Both the position numbers and the translations under genes were made by a program. The notes under the pieces are model-generated. The model did not search any database and had not been told where the DNA came from. It saw only the letters and a program-made list of their open reading frames with translations. A stretch of 64,000 nucleotides of DNA from Minisyncoccota bacterium (GTDB lineage Bacteria > Patescibacteriota > Minisyncoccia > Phycocordibacterales > UBA2100), in assembly GCA_035708165.1 (NCBI GenBank), contig DASSSZ010000005.1, positions 112,840-176,839 of the forward strand, read 5' to 3'. This document shows positions 60,530 to 64,000 of this stretch, in pieces (positions within the stretch are counted from its first letter, which is position 1; each line of letters opens with the position of its first letter).

Positions 60530-61798
60530 AATTAGGTTTTTATTTTCCAGCTGTAGTTGGGATTTCAGGCAAGTGAGAAGATCTCGCCTCTCAAATATCG
60601 ACCCTTCGGTTAGCAGGTACTTCGCGTAGTTGCGAATATCGGCGTCCTTCACAGAATAATTCTCGTCTGCCTTGCCCATAATCCCTGAATGGAACTTCTT
60701 ATGCCGCTCAATCTCAGCCTCGAGCTTTTTCTTGATACCAGAGCGGTCAAGATCTATCTGGTCAATAATTTCCGTTAGTTGCGAGATAAGGACCTTCTCC
60801 TCAATGTAGCCTTCTTTGCAGTTGATATTCCGTGAGCGAGTGCAACCATAGTAGATGTACTTGGCGATCGAACCGTCCTTCAGGGTCTTGAATTTCTCTT
60901 GGGCCGTCACACCGGATCCGCAGGTTCCACAGGAGAGCAAACGAGTGAAAGCGAACTCTTTGTTTTTGCCTCGGGCTTTGATTTGAAGGTGAAGCTGCTT
61001 CTGCACCTCTTCGAAAAGTTCTCTGGATATGAGTGGCGTATGCTTACCCTGGAACCATCGGCCGCTGTTCTTGGGGTATTCAAAAGTACCGTAGTAGAAG
61101 TGGTTATTGAGAATGACGTATACGTTGCTCAGAGTTAGAGGTTTGCCGGTACGGGTAACGAATTTGATTTCCTTGAGCCAGCGATATACTTTCCTACCAC
61201 TCCAGCCTTCATTGGCTACTTTCTGAAAGAGTTCCTTCATAACAGGGGCTCGATCAGGATCTACGAACACCACGCCTTTCTGATCCTTATTTTTTGAATT
61301 GAGATAACCGGTTGGGGCTACTGAAGGCCAGAGGCCGAGCTCGCACTTGGTTTTGAGCCCGCGCTTCACATTGATGCTCTTGTTGTCGTTCTCCAGCTTC
61401 GCCTGGCTACCAAGGATCATGAGAAGGAACTTCTCATTGGGGTTGTTAGTGAAGCGTTGACTGTAAGTACGAATTTCAATGAGCTTCTTCTGGTCGAAGA
61501 GATCCACGATCGCCCCAAGGTCGCCGGCATTGCGGGATAGACGGTCCGGATGCCACACCAAGATCCCATTGAATTTACCCTCCCGAATATTGAGAAGGAG
61601 CTGGTTGAACACAGGCCGCTGGCCGGCATCCTTTGCGGAGTGCGATTCTCGGTACATATCGACCACATTCAGTCCGTCTCGCTGCGCTAAGGCCAACATC
61701 TCCTTAAGCTGGGAATCTATCGAAAGCGCCTGTTTTTCCTCGGCTTCGCTCGATTTTCGGGCGTACAGGCAGTACCTGACTGGCTCCTGGTTTTCCAT
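60521..61798 (-). CDS. large serine recombinase (serine integrase)
   Basis: Resolvase catalytic N-terminus VRYCLYARKSSEAEEKQALSIDSQ (nucleophile Ser). Recombinase domain. Zinc-ribbon CGTCGSGV...YYGCTRSRNINC plus a coiled coil. The start could alternatively be 61843. Confidence 0.85.
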   Translation of the reverse strand: MENQEPVRYCLYARKSSEAEEKQALSIDSQLKEMLALAQRDGLNVVDMYRESHSAKDAGQRPVFNQLLLNIREGKFNGILVWHPDRLSRNAGDLGAIVDLFDQKKLIEIRTYSQRFTNNPNEKFLLMILGSQAKLENDNKSINVKRGLKTKCELGLWPSVAPTGYLNSKNKDQKGVVFVDPDRAPVMKELFQKVANEGWSGRKVYRWLKEIKFVTRTGKPLTLSNVYVILNNHFYYGTFEYPKNSGRWFQGKHTPLISRELFEEVQKQLHLQIKARGKNKEFAFTRLLSCGTCGSGVTAQEKFKTLKDGSIAKYIYYGCTRSRNINCKEGYIEEKVLISQLTEIIDQIDLDRSGIKKKLEAEIERHKKFHSGIMGKADENYSVKDADIRNYAKYLLTEGSIFERRDLLTCLKSQLQLENKNLILL

Positions 61799-61911
61799 AC
61801 AACACAACACATGCCCGAAGCCGGGGAAGAAGTCCATACCCAAGCTGGTGGTAAGAAATACGGCTTTAAACCAAGGCGATTTCGTGATAAAATCATGAAA
61901 ATCCTTATTTT

Positions 61912-63510
61912 ATGGCCACGTTGAATTGGATCGGAAAAGAGGCGGTGGCAAACCACGACAAAGAGGTGCCTTTCAAGTTGCTTGAGAAAGTCCCGAGCGC
62001 ATCCGTCGGTAAGGAATCAAAGAATCTCGTCATTCACGGCGACAATCTAGAAGCACTTAAAGCACTTTTGCCTTTCTATCAAGGCGAGGTTAAGTGCATT
62101 TATATTGATCCTCCATACAACACCGGAAACGAGGATTGGGCATACAACGATAATGTAAGTTCTCCCAAAATTCGAGAGTGGATCAAGAAAACTGTGGGGC
62201 GAGAAGGGGAAGACCTCACTAGACATGACAAGTGGCTTTGCATGATGTATCCCCGTCTTAAACTCCTTCGTGATCTTTTACGGGATGACGGGGTCATATT
62301 TGTCAGTATCGATGACAATGAACAGCACCACCTCAAGATACTGATGGATGAGATTTTCACAGCTCGGAATTTTATTGGGCAGATTACCGTCGTTGGAAAC
62401 CCACGAGGTAGAGATTATGGTGGAATTGCGCGCATGCACGACTACCTTCTTGTTTACTCGAAGGAGTTTGGAAAGGCAGATATCAACAACTTGAACGATC
62501 CTGATAAGGAGTTTCCTTTTGAGGACAGCAGGGGAGGTTTTGAGATTCGCGAGCTACGCAATCGCAATATTGCTTTCCATATAGGGAATAGGCCTAATCT
62601 TCATTACCCCTTTTATGTCAATCCAAAGAAGAAAGACGAGAATGGTTTTTTTGAGATCTCGCTTGAGAAAAAGAGTGGCTGGACTGAAGTTTTTCCGAAA
62701 GAATCTCAGGGATTTAAGACTGTTTGGCGTTGGGGGAAAGCGCGTTCTCAGCAAAATCTGAATACTGAAATTGTTGCAAAGAAGATGATGGATGGTGGTT
62801 ATCAGATTGTTGAAAAGTATCGTGAGAGAACACGGATGGCTCGATCTGTCTGGTGGGACAAAGATGATAATACTGAAAAAGGAACGCTGGAGGTTAAGAA
62901 TCTTTTTGATGGCAAGAAAGTGTTCAATTTCCCTAAGTCCATGGAAATGGTACGGAAGGTGGTTGAGATGGGTACTGGACCAGACGACATTGTCCTTGAT
63001 TCGTTTGCGGGATCGGGTACAACAGGCCACGCTGTGCTCGATTTAAACAAAATGGATGGCGGACACCGTCGCTTTATTTTGGTTGAAATGGAAGATGACG
63101 TCGTGAAGAAAATCACTGCTGAAAGGATCAAGAAAGCTATAAAAAAGTACGACTATGACGGAGGCTTTGAATATTGCGAGCTCGCTTCCGCCCTTTTTGA
63201 TCAGAATGGATTGATAAATGAGTCGTGTTCATATGCCGACTTGGCTTCTTACATTTTCTTCACCGAGACGCAAACAAACGTCGATAAAAAAGCAATCAAA
63301 AATCCATTCGTTGGTGAGAGTGGCGGGATTTCCTACTACCTCGTTTACGCTGGCCGTGGAAAAAATGACTTAACTCGAGCTTCACTCAGCAAGCTCAAGA
63401 TCGCCGGTCCTGCAGTCGTATATGCTGATCGTTGTCTTGTGGACGAGGATGAACTGAAGGAGAAAGGTATTACCTTCAAACAGATCCCGTACGAGATAAC
63501 AATCTACTAA
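61912..63510 (+). CDS. mod: Type III restriction-modification system methyltransferase (Mod), N6-adenine type
   Basis: Motif IV DPPYN, motif I FAGSGTTG and Mod-like overall architecture. 532 aa. Confidence 0.9.
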   Translation: MATLNWIGKEAVANHDKEVPFKLLEKVPSASVGKESKNLVIHGDNLEALKALLPFYQGEVKCIYIDPPYNTGNEDWAYNDNVSSPKIREWIKKTVGREGEDLTRHDKWLCMMYPRLKLLRDLLRDDGVIFVSIDDNEQHHLKILMDEIFTARNFIGQITVVGNPRGRDYGGIARMHDYLLVYSKEFGKADINNLNDPDKEFPFEDSRGGFEIRELRNRNIAFHIGNRPNLHYPFYVNPKKKDENGFFEISLEKKSGWTEVFPKESQGFKTVWRWGKARSQQNLNTEIVAKKMMDGGYQIVEKYRERTRMARSVWWDKDDNTEKGTLEVKNLFDGKKVFNFPKSMEMVRKVVEMGTGPDDIVLDSFAGSGTTGHAVLDLNKMDGGHRRFILVEMEDDVVKKITAERIKKAIKKYDYDGGFEYCELASALFDQNGLINESCSYADLASYIFFTETQTNVDKKAIKNPFVGESGGISYYLVYAGRGKNDLTRASLSKLKIAGPAVVYADRCLVDEDELKEKGITFKQIPYEITIY

Positions 63511-63514
63511 TCCT

Positions 63515-64000
63515 ATGAAGCTCAAGCGTTATCAAACAAACGCAATAGAAACGCTGGATCAATTCCTGGATCTCGTCAGGAAGATGAAGCCGCGGCATGC
63601 CTTCAATGAGATAACGGAGCAGGTCTACAACCATGAGTGGTTCGGGGACGTACCTTTTGTGTGTATTCGTATCCCCACGGGCGGCGGAAAAACGTTCGTT
63701 GGCTGCAAGGCAGTCGAACGGATCATGAGCACAGTCCTCCAGAACAAGATGGACACCGGCATTGTGATGTGGTTCGTACCATCAGACTCCATCAAGACTC
63801 AAACGTTGAAGAAGTTCCGAGATCCTAAAGATGCCCACTACCAAGCGCTGAACGAAGCATTCGGGACGAAGTTCAAAGTCTTTTCAAATGAAGAGGCTTT
63901 GACAATTTCGCCGGAGGACGTGACGAATAATCTCTGCGTTATCGTCGCCAGTCTCGATGCATTCAGGAAAGACGCGTCTATTCAGAAAAAGTACAAGGTC
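63515..64000 (+). CDS. res: Type III restriction enzyme Res subunit (helicase/ATPase), 3' end outside the window
   Basis: ATG 5 nt after the mod stop. Walker A IRIPTGGGKTFVG and the beginning of a DEAD-like helicase. Confidence 0.8.
   Translation, partial: MKLKRYQTNAIETLDQFLDLVRKMKPRHAFNEITEQVYNHEWFGDVPFVCIRIPTGGGKTFVGCKAVERIMSTVLQNKMDTGIVMWFVPSDSIKTQTLKKFRDPKDAHYQALNEAFGTKFKVFSNEEALTISPEDVTNNLCVIVASLDAFRKDASIQKKYKV

Larger units (their letters stand above)
57641..64000. mobile_element. putative integrated low-GC defense island next to tRNA-Gln (PHP-ABC ATPase, large serine recombinase, Type III R-M); right boundary beyond the window
   Basis: GC drops abruptly from ~67% to roughly 40-50% immediately 3' of tRNA-Gln. 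Codon usage differs. A recombinase gene is present. All cargo genes are defense-related. Confidence 0.6.

Overview
High-GC (~65-68%) bacterial chromosome segment whose gene content suggests a reduced-genome bacterium (possibly a Patescibacteria/CPR-like lineage; this cannot be verified from sequence alone). Core genes present: ftsH (3' part), recG, a PIF1-like helicase, an F1Fo ATP synthase cluster (atpF-H-A-G-D-C), ligA, gatCA, queA, tgt, prfB, ftsEX and a GH63-like/PGI-PMI/ROK sugar cluster. A large type IV pilus/competence locus spans ~24-37 kb: ComEA-like HhH protein, comFC, pilMNO, pilB, an orphan receiver, pilT, pilC, two tandem pilins, pilD and four pseudopilins. A 1783-aa surface protein carries BNR/Asp-box repeats and a phage-tailspike-type intramolecular-chaperone domain. 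Secreted carbohydrate-active proteins (LamG-like, CE4 deacetylase with CBMs) lie nearby. Nine tRNA genes were found by hand folding: Ile-UAU, Ser-GCU, an initiator-like Met-CAU, Asp-GUC, Met-CAU, Thr-GGU, Thr-CGU and Gln-CUG. Four of these are followed within 50-210 nt by a partial duplicate of their own 3' end. From ~57.64 kb to the window end the GC content drops to ~40-50%. This is a putative integrated defense island next to tRNA-Gln. It encodes a 937-aa PHP-phosphoesterase/ABC-ATPase fusion (single-gene anti-phage candidate), a large serine recombinase and a Type III R-M system (mod plus partial res). The ATP synthase cluster lacks recognisable a and c subunit genes. It is preceded instead by a secreted protein whose C-terminus mimics a c-subunit hairpin without the proton-binding carboxylate. 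No rRNA genes or CRISPR arrays were seen. Many long ORFs in the six-frame track are high-GC shadow frames and were rejected.
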